This document shows, one piece after another, positions 35,240 through 45,156 of a DNA stretch of 64,000 nt (position 1 is the stretch's first letter; each line of letters starts with the position of its first letter). The position numbers were made by a program, and so were the translations under genes. Below the pieces are notes generated by a model. It was not told where the DNA came from. It worked only from the letters and a program-made list of their open reading frames with translations, and ran no database searches. This DNA comes from a virus. The stretch spans positions 1 to 64,000 of the IMG/VR virus record IMGVR_UViG_3300047472_000237; one strand, given 5' to 3'.

Positions 35240-36838
35240 ATGCGTCAGAAAGTGATCGAGGCGTACGAACGCAATGGTGGCAACACCAGCGCGGCGGCCC
35301 GCGAGCTCGGCATCCCCCGCTCCACGGCTCAGTACCACGTCTCCGAGGCCGGCCTGAACAAGGCCAAGCCGCTCACCGGCGGCAGCCTCCTGGGCGTCTC
35401 GACGCTCCCTGCTGAGCTCCCTCCGGCCGGCCAGGTCAAGGTGTACATCGTCACGTCCGCGCAGAACAACACCAAGCTCAATGAGCGGGTGTGGGCCAGC
35501 CTGTTGGCACTCGCGGAACACTACGAAGCAGAGATTCTAGTCGGCACGTACAGCTACAACAAGAACGCATTCGGCAAAATGTCGGTGAAGCGTGGCACCG
35601 CGTCGCACGACACGACGCTGTGGTACGACAAGCGCATCGAGCCGTACACGTCAGACGTCCGGCGCGAGCTCGCCAACGGCCTGGTGTGGTGCGGCGAGAT
35701 GAACATCCAGCCCACCGCCGAGGATCCGCTCAGCGGCCTGGAGACGTACTCGTCCCGCGACTCCGCCATCTTCCCGCACGCCAAGATGGCTCTGCGTTCT
35801 ATCGCGGCCATGGCCGGGGCCGGGGTCAAGTTCAACTACACGACGGGCACGGTCACCCAACGCAACTACATCCAGAAGAAGGCCGGCCTGAAGGGGGAAC
35901 ACCACCACATCTACGGTGCCCTCATCGTTGAAGTCAACTCCAAGGGCAACTGGTGGGTGCGTCAGCTTGACGCGGACGACAAGGGCCGCATCCAGGATCT
36001 GACCGTGCTCGCCGATGGCGACAAAGTCACCACGAACAACCGCGTCGAGGCGATCACGTGGGGCGACCTCCACGCGACCACGATCGATGTGGCCGTCCTC
36101 AACACCGCCCTGGGCGACGGCGGCATGCTCGACTCCCTTCGGCCCAGGTACCAGTTCGTCCACGACCTTCTCGAGGGCGTGTCGATCAACCACCATGCGG
36201 CGAAGGATCCACACGAACAGTTCAAGGCGTTCCTGCGAGGCTTCGACAGCGTGGAGGCCGAACTCCGCTGTACCGCCAACACGCTCGGGGCGTTCACTCG
36301 CAAGGGCGTCACGACCGTTGTCGTCGACTCGAACCACGACAACTGGCTGAGCAAGTGGCTGAAGGAACACGACTACCGCCGCGACCCACGCAACGCGATG
36401 CTGTTCCTCGAGGCCCAGCTGGCCACGTTCACGGCGCTCCAGAACGGCAACAAGCGTTTCAACATCACCGAGTGGGCCATCCTCCACGATCGTGTCAAGA
36501 AAGCGACACACCGCCAGCTTGGTGAAGTCAAGTTCCTCCTGACCGACGACTCCTTCACCATCTGCGACGGGCGGATCGAATGCGGCATGCACGGACATCT
36601 CGGCCCCAACGGATCACGCGGCACTCCCGCCAACCTCAACAAGGTCGGACGCCGCGCCAACACCGGCCACACCCACGCGGCGACCATCCTCAACGGTCTG
36701 TACGTGGCGGGAACGAGCACCACGCTCAACATGGGATACAATCGCGGCCCTTCGTCATGGAGCCACTCCCACATCGTCACCTATCCGAATGGTAAGCGTT
36801 CGATCGTGACGATCTTCGCCGGTCAGTGGCGAGCTTGA
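35240..36838 (+). CDS. T5 A1-like protein (HTH + calcineurin-like phosphoesterase)
   Basis: HTH 'GNTSAAARELGIPRST'; 'YIVTSAQNNT'; metal motifs GDLH, HD, SNHD, MHGH, GHTH; 'SSWSHSHIVTYPNGKR'. Confidence 0.8.
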   Translation: MRQKVIEAYERNGGNTSAAARELGIPRSTAQYHVSEAGLNKAKPLTGGSLLGVSTLPAELPPAGQVKVYIVTSAQNNTKLNERVWASLLALAEHYEAEILVGTYSYNKNAFGKMSVKRGTASHDTTLWYDKRIEPYTSDVRRELANGLVWCGEMNIQPTAEDPLSGLETYSSRDSAIFPHAKMALRSIAAMAGAGVKFNYTTGTVTQRNYIQKKAGLKGEHHHIYGALIVEVNSKGNWWVRQLDADDKGRIQDLTVLADGDKVTTNNRVEAITWGDLHATTIDVAVLNTALGDGGMLDSLRPRYQFVHDLLEGVSINHHAAKDPHEQFKAFLRGFDSVEAELRCTANTLGAFTRKGVTTVVVDSNHDNWLSKWLKEHDYRRDPRNAMLFLEAQLATFTALQNGNKRFNITEWAILHDRVKKATHRQLGEVKFLLTDDSFTICDGRIECGMHGHLGPNGSRGTPANLNKVGRRANTGHTHAATILNGLYVAGTSTTLNMGYNRGPSSWSHSHIVTYPNGKRSIVTIFAGQWRA

Positions 36839-36878
36839 GCTTGCTGGATCTTCAACGGCCGGTTACACTTCACTCCCC

Positions 36879-38414
36879 ATGACGCCTGACGACTTCAAGA
36901 AGCCGCCGTTCCCGCACCAGTTGTCCGAGTTCAACGGGCACAAGGACGACATTTCACGCGGACTGCTCTGGGAAATGGGCACCGGCAAGTCGAAGGAGAC
37001 CATCGACCAGTCGGCTCACCTCATCGACGAAGGCAAGGTCGACTGCATCCTCGTCGTGGCCCCGGACGGCGTCCACCGCAATTGGGTGACGGACGAGATG
37101 CCATCGCACATGCCCGACAGGCTCCTGAAGCAGATGAAGATGTTCTGCTATCAGACCGACAAGGCCGCGACCAAGTGGCACCAGGCCGACGCCGAGGCGG
37201 TCCTCGCCCACCCTGGGCCGATCCTCATCGCCATGACCTACGACTCCGTGGTCACGGACGCCATCACGAAGAAGTGCCCCAACTCCGGCCGCCGCCTGAC
37301 CATCTGGCGCGGCGGCAAGGCGTACCTGTGGGACATCCTCAAGAGCCGCAAGGTCATGTATGTCGCGGACGAGGCACGACGCATCAAGACCCCGACCGCA
37401 GACCGCACGAAGGTTGTAGTCAAGTCCTCCCCCTTCGCCAAGTACCGCCGTCTGCTGAACGGCACGCCAGTCCCCAACGGCCCGTTCGACCTGTTCAGCC
37501 AGATGCTGTTCCTTGACCCGAACTTCTGGCGGCCCCACGGCTGCTCCACGTTCGGTGCGTACAAGCAGATGTTCGGCACGTTCATCACGAGCCATGTCCG
37601 CGATGCGAACGGCAACGTGCGGCCGTTCCAGCAGCTGGTGGCGTACCGCAACCTCGACCTGCTCCAGAAGATTCTCGGCACCATCTGCTCGCGTGTGACC
37701 AAGGACGAAGTCCTGAACCTCCCGCCGAAGCTGTACAGCCGCGCGACGTTCCAGATGACCGCCGCTCAGGAGAAGATCTACTCCGCCCTCCGGGACGAGT
37801 ATCTCGCCGTGCTCGACGACGGCAGCCTGGTCACGGCCCCGCTGACCATCACGCGGATGCTCCGCTTCCAGCAGGTCACGAGCGGCTTCGTGCCGGTCAC
37901 GCAGGTCGACGCGGACGCAGAGCCGATCCACGACATCGGGACGTCGAACCCGCGTCTCGAGCTCCTGGGCCAGATCATCGAGGACATCCCCCACGGCTGC
38001 ATCATCTGGGGCCGCTTCAACCGCACCATCGACAAGATCATGGAAATGCTCGGCGACCGCGCCGTGCGGTACGACGGCCAGGTCTCCAGCGACGACCGCG
38101 CCGAGGCCAAGCGGAAGTTCCAGGCGGGTGAAGCCCAGTTCTTCGTGGCGAAGGCCCAGAGTGCAGGCGAGGGTCTGACGCTGACCAAGGCCCGCACGGT
38201 CATCTACGTCGAGAACACCTTCGACCTGGCGATGCGACAGCAGTCGGAAGACCGCGCCCACCGCATCGGCCAGGAGCACCCGGTCAACTACATCGACATC
38301 ATCGCCGAGAACACGGTCGACGACCATATCGTGAAGGCCCTTCTCGACAAGTTCGATGTCGCCAACCAGATCACTGGCGACAAGGTCAAGCAGTGGCTCC
38401 AGTCCGTTGAATAG
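36879..38414 (+). CDS. SNF2-family helicase
   Basis: 'EMGTGKS', 'ADEA', 'NGTP', 'GEGLTL', 'QSEDRAHRIGQ'. Confidence 0.92.
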   Translation: MTPDDFKKPPFPHQLSEFNGHKDDISRGLLWEMGTGKSKETIDQSAHLIDEGKVDCILVVAPDGVHRNWVTDEMPSHMPDRLLKQMKMFCYQTDKAATKWHQADAEAVLAHPGPILIAMTYDSVVTDAITKKCPNSGRRLTIWRGGKAYLWDILKSRKVMYVADEARRIKTPTADRTKVVVKSSPFAKYRRLLNGTPVPNGPFDLFSQMLFLDPNFWRPHGCSTFGAYKQMFGTFITSHVRDANGNVRPFQQLVAYRNLDLLQKILGTICSRVTKDEVLNLPPKLYSRATFQMTAAQEKIYSALRDEYLAVLDDGSLVTAPLTITRMLRFQQVTSGFVPVTQVDADAEPIHDIGTSNPRLELLGQIIEDIPHGCIIWGRFNRTIDKIMEMLGDRAVRYDGQVSSDDRAEAKRKFQAGEAQFFVAKAQSAGEGLTLTKARTVIYVENTFDLAMRQQSEDRAHRIGQEHPVNYIDIIAENTVDDHIVKALLDKFDVANQITGDKVKQWLQSVE

Positions 38415-38456
38415 TGCTTGCTTTCTTCGCTCAACCCCTAGAGAATTGGTCCTTCA

Positions 38457-39029
38457 ATGACTGACCCAAACGCATACGCCGGCTTCACGGACGCTCCCGT
38501 CATCGCCGAAGGCCCGGCCGCCAACGTCAACCGGCTGATCGAAGAGCTCAACCAGCACGAGGCGGACGCTGAGAAGCACGCCAACGCCCTGAAGACTTCG
38601 CAGGAGCACATCCGCCGCATCCTGGAGCGCGAGCTCCCGGAGCAGATCGAAGCCATGGGTGTCGTCGAGTTCAAGACGGCCGAGGGCCTCAAGGTCGAGA
38701 TCAAGGAAGATGTCCAAGCGGGCATCAGCGAGGCCAATCGTGGCACCGCGTTCAAGTGGCTCGAGGACAACGGCCACGCCGGCCTGATCAAGCGCAACGT
38801 CCACGTCGCGTTCAACAAGGGCCAGGAGCAGGAGGCACGAGACCTCATCGCCGAGCTCACGCCCCGCTTCGCCGCTGTGTCCGAAGACCAGAAGGTGCAC
38901 CCGTCGACGCTGAAGGCGTTCGTCAAGGAACAGCTGACCGCCGGCATCGACATCCCGATCGAGCCGTTCGGTATCTTCAAGCAGAAGACGGCAAAGATCA
39001 CGCAGGTCAAGGGCAAGAGCAAGAAATAA
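38457..39029 (+). CDS. Conserved replication-module protein
   Basis: 'AFKWLEDNGHAGLIK...VHPSTLKAFVKE' family usually found next to phage SSB/helicase genes. Confidence 0.75.
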   Translation: MTDPNAYAGFTDAPVIAEGPAANVNRLIEELNQHEADAEKHANALKTSQEHIRRILERELPEQIEAMGVVEFKTAEGLKVEIKEDVQAGISEANRGTAFKWLEDNGHAGLIKRNVHVAFNKGQEQEARDLIAELTPRFAAVSEDQKVHPSTLKAFVKEQLTAGIDIPIEPFGIFKQKTAKITQVKGKSKK

Positions 39030-39125
39030 CGAAACAAAAACGGTTGCCGGCCCACCGTGAAGGGCCGGCGTCTATTGGTGGGGTGACGTTAATCAGCCTG
39101 CCAGACCCTGTCTCGGAGATCTGTT

Positions 39126-39971
39126 ATGAGTTCGACCCTTCCCGCTACGCAAGGCAAAGCCGCCAACGCGATTGCCACGTACGACTACGGCGACAGCGCC
39201 GGCGCTGGTTTCGACAACCAGACGAACGAGGACGTCAGCATCCCCTTCCTGGGCGTGCTCCAGTCCAACTCGCCGCAGGTGGCGAGCCGTGAGAACCGCA
39301 TCGAGGGCGCTCGCCCCGGCGACCTGATCAACACCGTCACGAACGAAGTGTTCGACGGCGGCAAGGGCGTCTACTTCCAGCCCAGCGACACGTCGCACGT
39401 GTTCGTCGAGTGGAAGCCGCGCGACGCGGGTGGTGGCTTCGTCGCCATCCACGCGCTCGACAGCCCGGTCGTGGCCCAGGCGAAGAAGGAATCGACCGTC
39501 TTCGGCAAGTACAAGACCCCGGCCGGCAACGATCTCATCGAGACGTTCTACATCACCGGCATGATCCACCGCTCGCTCAACATCGACGAGCAGGCGGCTG
39601 GCAGCATCGAGCCGGCCGTGATCGCCTTCTCGTCGACCAAGATCAAGGTCTACAAGTCGATCATGACGCGTCTCCGCACGTTCCAGAACGGCAAGCCGCC
39701 GCTCTTCGCGCACCGCCTGATCATCACGACCAGCGGCGAGAAGAACGATCGCGGCGAGTTCTACAACTTCAGCGTCAAGCCGGCCGTGAACAACGACCTG
39801 GCCCAGTCGCTGATCCCGCCGACGCTCGGCGACGGCAGCCCGAACCCGCTCCTGCTCGCCGGCCAGGAGCTCCTGAAGGCCAACCGTCGTGGCGACACGA
39901 AGGTCAAGCACGACACCCAGAACGCGGGTGAAGGCAAGAAGGATGAGAAGGGCGACGATATTCCGTTCTGA
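39126..39971 (+). CDS. ssDNA-binding/annealing protein
   Basis: 'GAGFDN...IPFLGVLQSNSPQV...VEWKPR'; acidic C-terminus ending DDIPF. Confidence 0.75.
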   Translation: MSSTLPATQGKAANAIATYDYGDSAGAGFDNQTNEDVSIPFLGVLQSNSPQVASRENRIEGARPGDLINTVTNEVFDGGKGVYFQPSDTSHVFVEWKPRDAGGGFVAIHALDSPVVAQAKKESTVFGKYKTPAGNDLIETFYITGMIHRSLNIDEQAAGSIEPAVIAFSSTKIKVYKSIMTRLRTFQNGKPPLFAHRLIITTSGEKNDRGEFYNFSVKPAVNNDLAQSLIPPTLGDGSPNPLLLAGQELLKANRRGDTKVKHDTQNAGEGKKDEKGDDIPF

Positions 39972-40060
39972 TCTTGGTTGCCTCAACTGAGTGAATGCGG
40001 CATACTTCTGGCCGCCGGGTACGAAAGTGCTCGGCGGCCAGATTGTTTGGAGACGTACGA

Positions 40061-41287
40061 ATGGAATGGACGACAAAGCAACAACAGGCTCTCATCTCCG
40101 TCAAACGCTGGCTCGACAGTGGCGGAGAGGGCGTCTACCGCCTCTTCGGCTACGCGGGCACCGGCAAGACGACCCTCGCCAAGCACTTCGCTGAGGGCCT
40201 CGACGCCGGCTCTGTGCTCTACGCGGCCTTCACTGGCAAGGCCGCCTATGTGCTCCAGCAGAAGGGGTGCTTCGGGGCGACGACGCTCCACTCGCTCATC
40301 TACAAGCCGCAGGACAAGAGCCGCGCCCGGCTGACCGATCTCCGCAAGGCCCTCGACCACATCGAAGCCGCCCTGAAGGAGAAGGGCATGCCTGAGGACA
40401 AGTGGCGGTTCGACACGCAGTGGAAGCAGTTCAACGACATGTACAAGGCGGAGGAGCAGAACGTCAAGCGCATGTCGTTCGCCCTGAACACCGAGTCCGC
40501 TGTCGCCACCTGCAAGCTGCTCATCGTCGACGAGTGTTCGATGGTGGACGGCCGCATGGCCGAGGATCTCGCGACGTACAAGAAACCCATCCTCGTGCTG
40601 GGTGATCCCTTCCAGTTGCCGCCCGTGTTCGGCACCGGCGTCTACACCAACGCGGCCCCCGACTTCCTCCTGACCGAAGTGCGTCGTCAGGAAGCGGACA
40701 GCCCCGTGCTCCGCATTGCCACCGACATCCGCGAGGGCCGACCGATCACCAAGGGTGCGTATGGCTCGAGCCGGATCATCGACACCAAGTCCGTCGACAA
40801 GGACGAGGTCATGGCGTTCGACCAGGTGCTCGTCGGCACCAACAAGCGCCGGTATGGCACCAACGCCCGCATGCGTGAGCTCCTGGGCCGCTCGACGCCC
40901 CTCCCGGTCGCCACCGACAAGCTGGTCTGCCTTCGCAACAACCACGAGCAGGGCCTCCTGAACGGCGGCCTCTGGAACGTGGTGACGGCCGTCAACACTG
41001 ACGACACTTCTGTCGACCTCGACATCGAGAGCGACGACGGCAAGCTGCGTGTCGTAACTCAGGCACACGCCCAATACTTCCAGGGCGGCGAGCCAGCCTT
41101 CTGGGACATCAAGGACAAGGACTCGTTCGACTACGGGTACGCCTTGACCGTCCACAAGTCGCAGGGCAGCCAGTGGAAGAAAGTCTACATCTTCGACGAG
41201 AGCCGCGTGTTCCGCCAAGAGGCGCGACGCTGGCTCTACACGGCCGTCACCCGCGCCGCAGAAGATGTAGTTATCGTCCAAGACTAA
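40061..41287 (+). CDS. Dda/RecD-like SF1B helicase
   Basis: 'GYAGTGKTT', 'AFTGKAA', 'VDECSM', 'GDPFQLPPV', 'YALTVHKSQGS', 'YTAVTRA'. Confidence 0.92.
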   Translation: MEWTTKQQQALISVKRWLDSGGEGVYRLFGYAGTGKTTLAKHFAEGLDAGSVLYAAFTGKAAYVLQQKGCFGATTLHSLIYKPQDKSRARLTDLRKALDHIEAALKEKGMPEDKWRFDTQWKQFNDMYKAEEQNVKRMSFALNTESAVATCKLLIVDECSMVDGRMAEDLATYKKPILVLGDPFQLPPVFGTGVYTNAAPDFLLTEVRRQEADSPVLRIATDIREGRPITKGAYGSSRIIDTKSVDKDEVMAFDQVLVGTNKRRYGTNARMRELLGRSTPLPVATDKLVCLRNNHEQGLLNGGLWNVVTAVNTDDTSVDLDIESDDGKLRVVTQAHAQYFQGGEPAFWDIKDKDSFDYGYALTVHKSQGSQWKKVYIFDESRVFRQEARRWLYTAVTRAAEDVVIVQD

Positions 41288-41320
41288 CACTACAATTCGT
41301 TCACGCTTTGAGGTAACGCT

Positions 41321-42295
41321 ATGCGCCAACTATTCAACCCACGAGTCGCGTTCAAGCCGTTCGAGTACCCGGAGGTCACCGGGTATCGCGACGCGATCAA
41401 CCATTCCTTCTGGCTCGTCTCGGAATGGAACTTCATCGCGGACCAGGGAGACTTCTCCCAGATGACACCGCTCGAACGCCGCGCGATCCGCAACACGCTG
41501 CTGGCAATCTCGCAGATCGAAGTGTCTGTCAAGAAGTTCTGGGCTCAGTTGGGCGGCCGCATTCCCAAGGCCGAGTTCGACCAGGTCGGCATCACGTTCG
41601 GCGAGTCAGAAGTCCGCCACGCTGAAGCCTACAGCCACCTGCTGACCGTCCTGCACCTCAACGAAGACTTCGAGCAGATCCTGGAAGTCCCCGCCATTCG
41701 CGGCCGGGTGGACTACCTCGCCAAGTTCATGAAAGGTGCGAGCGCCTGCTCCGACCAGGAGTACGCCCTGACGCTGACGCTGTTCTCGTCCTTCATCGAG
41801 AACGTGTCGCTCTTCGCTCAGTTCGTCATCATCAAATCCTTCAACAAGCACCGCCAGGTGTTGAAGGACATCGACAATGTCGTATCGGCCACGCAGAAGG
41901 AAGAGCTCATCCACGCCGCCTTCGGCCAGTACGTCGTCAACACAATCCGTAGCGAGAACCCCGGATGGTTCGGAACGGATTTCTACATCCGGCTCGAGGA
42001 AGCCGCTCACGCCGCGTACAAGGCGGAACGTGCTATCCTCGACTGGATCTTCGAGGCCGGCGAGCTCCCATGGCTCAGCAAGGCCGCCCTCGACCAGTTC
42101 ATCCGTCAGCGGCTCAACGAGAGCCTGACGGCAGTCGGAGCGGACACGATCTTCGTCGTCGACCAGGCCCTCCTGGGCGAACTCACGTGGTTCTACGAAG
42201 AGCTCCACGCTGGCATCAGCGTCGACTTCTTCCACGTCCGCTCCGTTGACTATTCCAAGAAACAGCAGGCCGTGCAGGCAGGAGACTTGTTCTGA
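41321..42295 (+). CDS. nrdB: Ribonucleotide reductase class Ia beta subunit
   Basis: 'KPFEYP', 'ESEVRHAEAY', 'FIENVSLF', 'EELIH' di-metal ligands and radical Tyr. Confidence 0.93.
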   Translation: MRQLFNPRVAFKPFEYPEVTGYRDAINHSFWLVSEWNFIADQGDFSQMTPLERRAIRNTLLAISQIEVSVKKFWAQLGGRIPKAEFDQVGITFGESEVRHAEAYSHLLTVLHLNEDFEQILEVPAIRGRVDYLAKFMKGASACSDQEYALTLTLFSSFIENVSLFAQFVIIKSFNKHRQVLKDIDNVVSATQKEELIHAAFGQYVVNTIRSENPGWFGTDFYIRLEEAAHAAYKAERAILDWIFEAGELPWLSKAALDQFIRQRLNESLTAVGADTIFVVDQALLGELTWFYEELHAGISVDFFHVRSVDYSKKQQAVQAGDLF

Positions 42296-43938
42296 TGTCG
42301 TACCGATGGCTCACACCCGAATCACAGACGTTTCTCGAACGCGACTACCTCATGCCGGGGCAGACCGTGGACGAGCGGATCGATATCATCTGCAACCGCG
42401 CGGAGGAGCTCCTGCAACGCCCAGGGCACGCGGCTCGGCTGAAGGAGTGTCTCCAGAAAGGGTGGATCACCCTCGCCTCGCCCATCCTGACCAACTTCGG
42501 CACCAGCCGGGGTCTGCCCATCAGCTGCTTCGGCAGCAGCATCGAAGACTCCATGGAGTCGATCGTCCGGACGCACGCTGAGGTGTGCATCATGACGAAG
42601 CACGGCGGCGGCACGAGCGGCTACTTCGGCAAGCTGCGTGGTCGTAATGTGCCGATCAAGGACAACGGCGTCTCGAGCGGCTCCGTCCACTTCATGCAGC
42701 TGTTCAACACGGCGATCAACGTCGTGTCCCAGGGCACCACCCGGCGCGGCCAGTTTGCCGCGTACCAGGACATCGAGCACCCCGACGTCGAAGAGTTCCT
42801 CAAGATCCGCTCGGATGGCAACAAGATCCAGGACATCCTGTTCGGGGTCTGCGTCAGCGATGCGTTCATGGAGCGGATGATCGACAACAACGGGCCGGAG
42901 CGGGTGCTGTGGGCGAAGGTGCTCCAGAGCCGCGCGGCCATCGGTCTGCCCTACATCTTCTTCACCGACAACGCCAACCGCCAGGCCCCCGACTGCTATC
43001 GCAACGAGGGGATGAAGATCACCCACTCGAACCTGTGCACCGAGATCATGCTCCCCGACTGCGACGAAGAGTCGTTCGTCTGCGATCTCTCGAGCATGGT
43101 CGATCTGTACTACGACGAGTGGAAGGACACGCACGCGGTCGAGACGCTGGCGTACACCCTGGAAGCCGTGATGACCGAGTTCATCATGAAGGGCCAGCAT
43201 GTGCCGTACCTCGAACGCGCCGTGCGGTTTGCCCGCCGCCACCGTGCCCTGGGCATTGGCCGCGTCGGCTGGCACAGCTACCTCCAGAGCCTCATGCTCC
43301 CGTTCGAGGGCCTGACCGCCCGACTGCTGAACGCGGAGATCTCCGCCACGATCCAGCGGCAGGCTCTGGCCGCGTCGAAGGCTATGGCTGTGACCTACGG
43401 CGAGCCTGAGGTGCTGAAAGGCTACGGCCGCCGCAACGCCACGCTCATCGCCATCGCCCCGACCAAGTCGACCGCGTTCATCTTCGGTCAGCTGTCCGAG
43501 GGCATCGAGCCGTGGACGACCAACTATCAGGTCTCGAAGCTCCAGAAGGGCAGCTTCCCCATCCGCAACCGCTTCCTCCAGAAGCTGCTCGCCGCCAAGG
43601 GCAAAGACACCGAAGAGACCTGGAAGAGCATCCTGGAGCACAGCGGCTCCGTGCAGCACTTCGACTTCCTCGACAAGGAAGAGAAGGCTGTGTTCAAGAC
43701 CTTCGTCGAGATCTCGCCGCTTGAGGTCGTTGAACAGGCGGCCGGCCGGCAACGCTTCATCGACCAGGGCCAGTCCACCAACCTCATGATCCAGCCGTCG
43801 ATCCCGATCAAGGACGTGAACGCGCTCCTGATCACGGCCTGGCGGAAGGGTCTCAAATCGCTCTACTATCAGAAGAGCGTGAACGCCGCACAGGAGTTCG
43901 CCCGCAACATCATGCACTGTGCCGCCTGCGAAGGCTGA
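42295..43938 (+). CDS. nrdA: Ribonucleotide reductase class Ia alpha subunit (short, no ATP cone)
   Basis: 'PISCF', 'SNLCTEI', 'IAPT', 'DQGQS', 'SLYY', C-terminal CAACEG. Confidence 0.95.
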   Translation: MSYRWLTPESQTFLERDYLMPGQTVDERIDIICNRAEELLQRPGHAARLKECLQKGWITLASPILTNFGTSRGLPISCFGSSIEDSMESIVRTHAEVCIMTKHGGGTSGYFGKLRGRNVPIKDNGVSSGSVHFMQLFNTAINVVSQGTTRRGQFAAYQDIEHPDVEEFLKIRSDGNKIQDILFGVCVSDAFMERMIDNNGPERVLWAKVLQSRAAIGLPYIFFTDNANRQAPDCYRNEGMKITHSNLCTEIMLPDCDEESFVCDLSSMVDLYYDEWKDTHAVETLAYTLEAVMTEFIMKGQHVPYLERAVRFARRHRALGIGRVGWHSYLQSLMLPFEGLTARLLNAEISATIQRQALAASKAMAVTYGEPEVLKGYGRRNATLIAIAPTKSTAFIFGQLSEGIEPWTTNYQVSKLQKGSFPIRNRFLQKLLAAKGKDTEETWKSILEHSGSVQHFDFLDKEEKAVFKTFVEISPLEVVEQAAGRQRFIDQGQSTNLMIQPSIPIKDVNALLITAWRKGLKSLYYQKSVNAAQEFARNIMHCAACEG

Positions 43939-43963
43939 TCGCTCTCGCCGAGCTCCAACGCAG

Positions 43964-44000
43964 ACGCCCTGGGCCAGCAGCCCAGGGCGTTTCGCATTTT
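43964..44000 (+). terminator. Intrinsic terminator
   Basis: ACGCCCTGGGC-cagca-GCCCAGGGCGT then ttcgcatttt. Confidence 0.75.
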
Positions 44001-44092
44001 GCGATGAATCAGCTTGCTTTCCGGGATAAGTGCGGGCATGATACATCCCGTCGCCGAAAGGCATTAACCCTTCTCTATCTGAGGAACTGTCC

Positions 44093-44788
44093 ATGAACGT
44101 GCCGTACACTTCGAACGCGCTCGGCTTGACCATCAAGTCCGCTGACGACATCAAGACCCTCGAGCCCAAGCAGATGCTCTCGCTCCACAACGAGATCTCG
44201 AACGCCTCCGTCAAGCGGTTCGCCGACAAGAAGAGCGGCGTCAAGCGCACGGTCGAAGCGTTCCAGACCTGGCAAGGCCAGCAGACCGAGAAGACGCCCA
44301 AGCTGGTCACCGCCGACCACAAGTCCTTCCGCAAGGACAGTGCCCGTGGCAAGGTCATCGCCGCTGCCTCGAAGGCCGGCGGTGCGACCCGCGCCCAGCT
44401 GAAGGAGATCTCCGGCTGGGACGACACGAACCTGACGGCGGCCCTGAGCCGCGTCGAGTCGTACAACGGCCTGACCGTGACCCGCACCGGCGAAGGCGAC
44501 GAGCAGATCATCGTCATCACCGGCGTCCTCCGCACCCGCAAGGCGTTCGCCTTCGACCCGCTCCCCGAGAAGCAGCGTCGAGCACACAAGGAGAGCGGCA
44601 CGCCGACCAAGCGCTCCAAGGTCGTCGCCATGCTCACCGCCAAGGGCGGGGCCTCGTTCGAGGAGATCCAGGCGGCCACCGACTGGAACGACCGCGACGC
44701 GTACGAAGGCATCCGTCTCATCCACAGCTATCTTGGATATGGCCTGAAAGAGACGGGCGAAGGCAAGATCATCGCTTTCCGCGCGTAA
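44093..44788 (+). CDS. DNA-binding protein with tandem DUF3489-like winged-helix repeats
   Basis: GAGGA RBS; two 'KV..m....GGA(T/S)..(Q/E)l...t.W' repeats. Confidence 0.7.
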   Translation: MNVPYTSNALGLTIKSADDIKTLEPKQMLSLHNEISNASVKRFADKKSGVKRTVEAFQTWQGQQTEKTPKLVTADHKSFRKDSARGKVIAAASKAGGATRAQLKEISGWDDTNLTAALSRVESYNGLTVTRTGEGDEQIIVITGVLRTRKAFAFDPLPEKQRRAHKESGTPTKRSKVVAMLTAKGGASFEEIQAATDWNDRDAYEGIRLIHSYLGYGLKETGEGKIIAFRA

Positions 44789-44793
44789 TTCGC

Positions 44794-44821
44794 TTGCTAC
44801 TGCCGCCAAGTGCGGTAAACT
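44794..44821 (+). promoter_or_regulatory. Promoter for the structured RNA / modification cluster
   Basis: TTGCTA-16-TAAACT; expected +1 near 44828. Confidence 0.65.
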
Positions 44822-44827
44822 GAAGTC

Positions 44828-45137
44828 GTCCTGATTGAGGCAGTCGGCCGCCCCGCTCACCCCGAGGGCGAAGACTGCAAAAATCAAAGTCGAGCAACGC
44901 CACAGAGGAGCTCCGGCTCCTCCAACCTGAGTCGCTTGCGGGTCTTCGGCCCCGTGAAGCGATGGCCCGTAAACGGTCGGGTCTGTAACCAGGCATCGGT
45001 TCTGGAATGTAAACCGCCAACAGACGACTTGTGCGTCAACCACTGGCGGAGCATGAAGGAATCGCGCGGCGGGTGAGTGCACCACTGCAAGATTTCGGGG
45101 GATGAACAACGTCGTTCGTCGACTGCCTCATCAGGAC
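44828..45137 (+). ncRNA. Unassigned ~310-nt structured RNA
   Basis: 5' GTCCTGAT-t-GAGGCAGTCG pairs with 3' CGACTGCCTC-ATCAGGAC; several internal hairpins; no credible ORF. Confidence 0.7.
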
Positions 45138-45156
45138 ACTTTTCTCGAAAGAACCT

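Noticed and set aside
44828-45137. RNase P RNA, tmRNA or retron msr-msd identity for the structured RNA
   Set aside because: It lacks the GAGGAAAGUCC and terminal P4 consensus of RNase P and has no tRNA-like ends, and no reverse transcriptase is present in the window.
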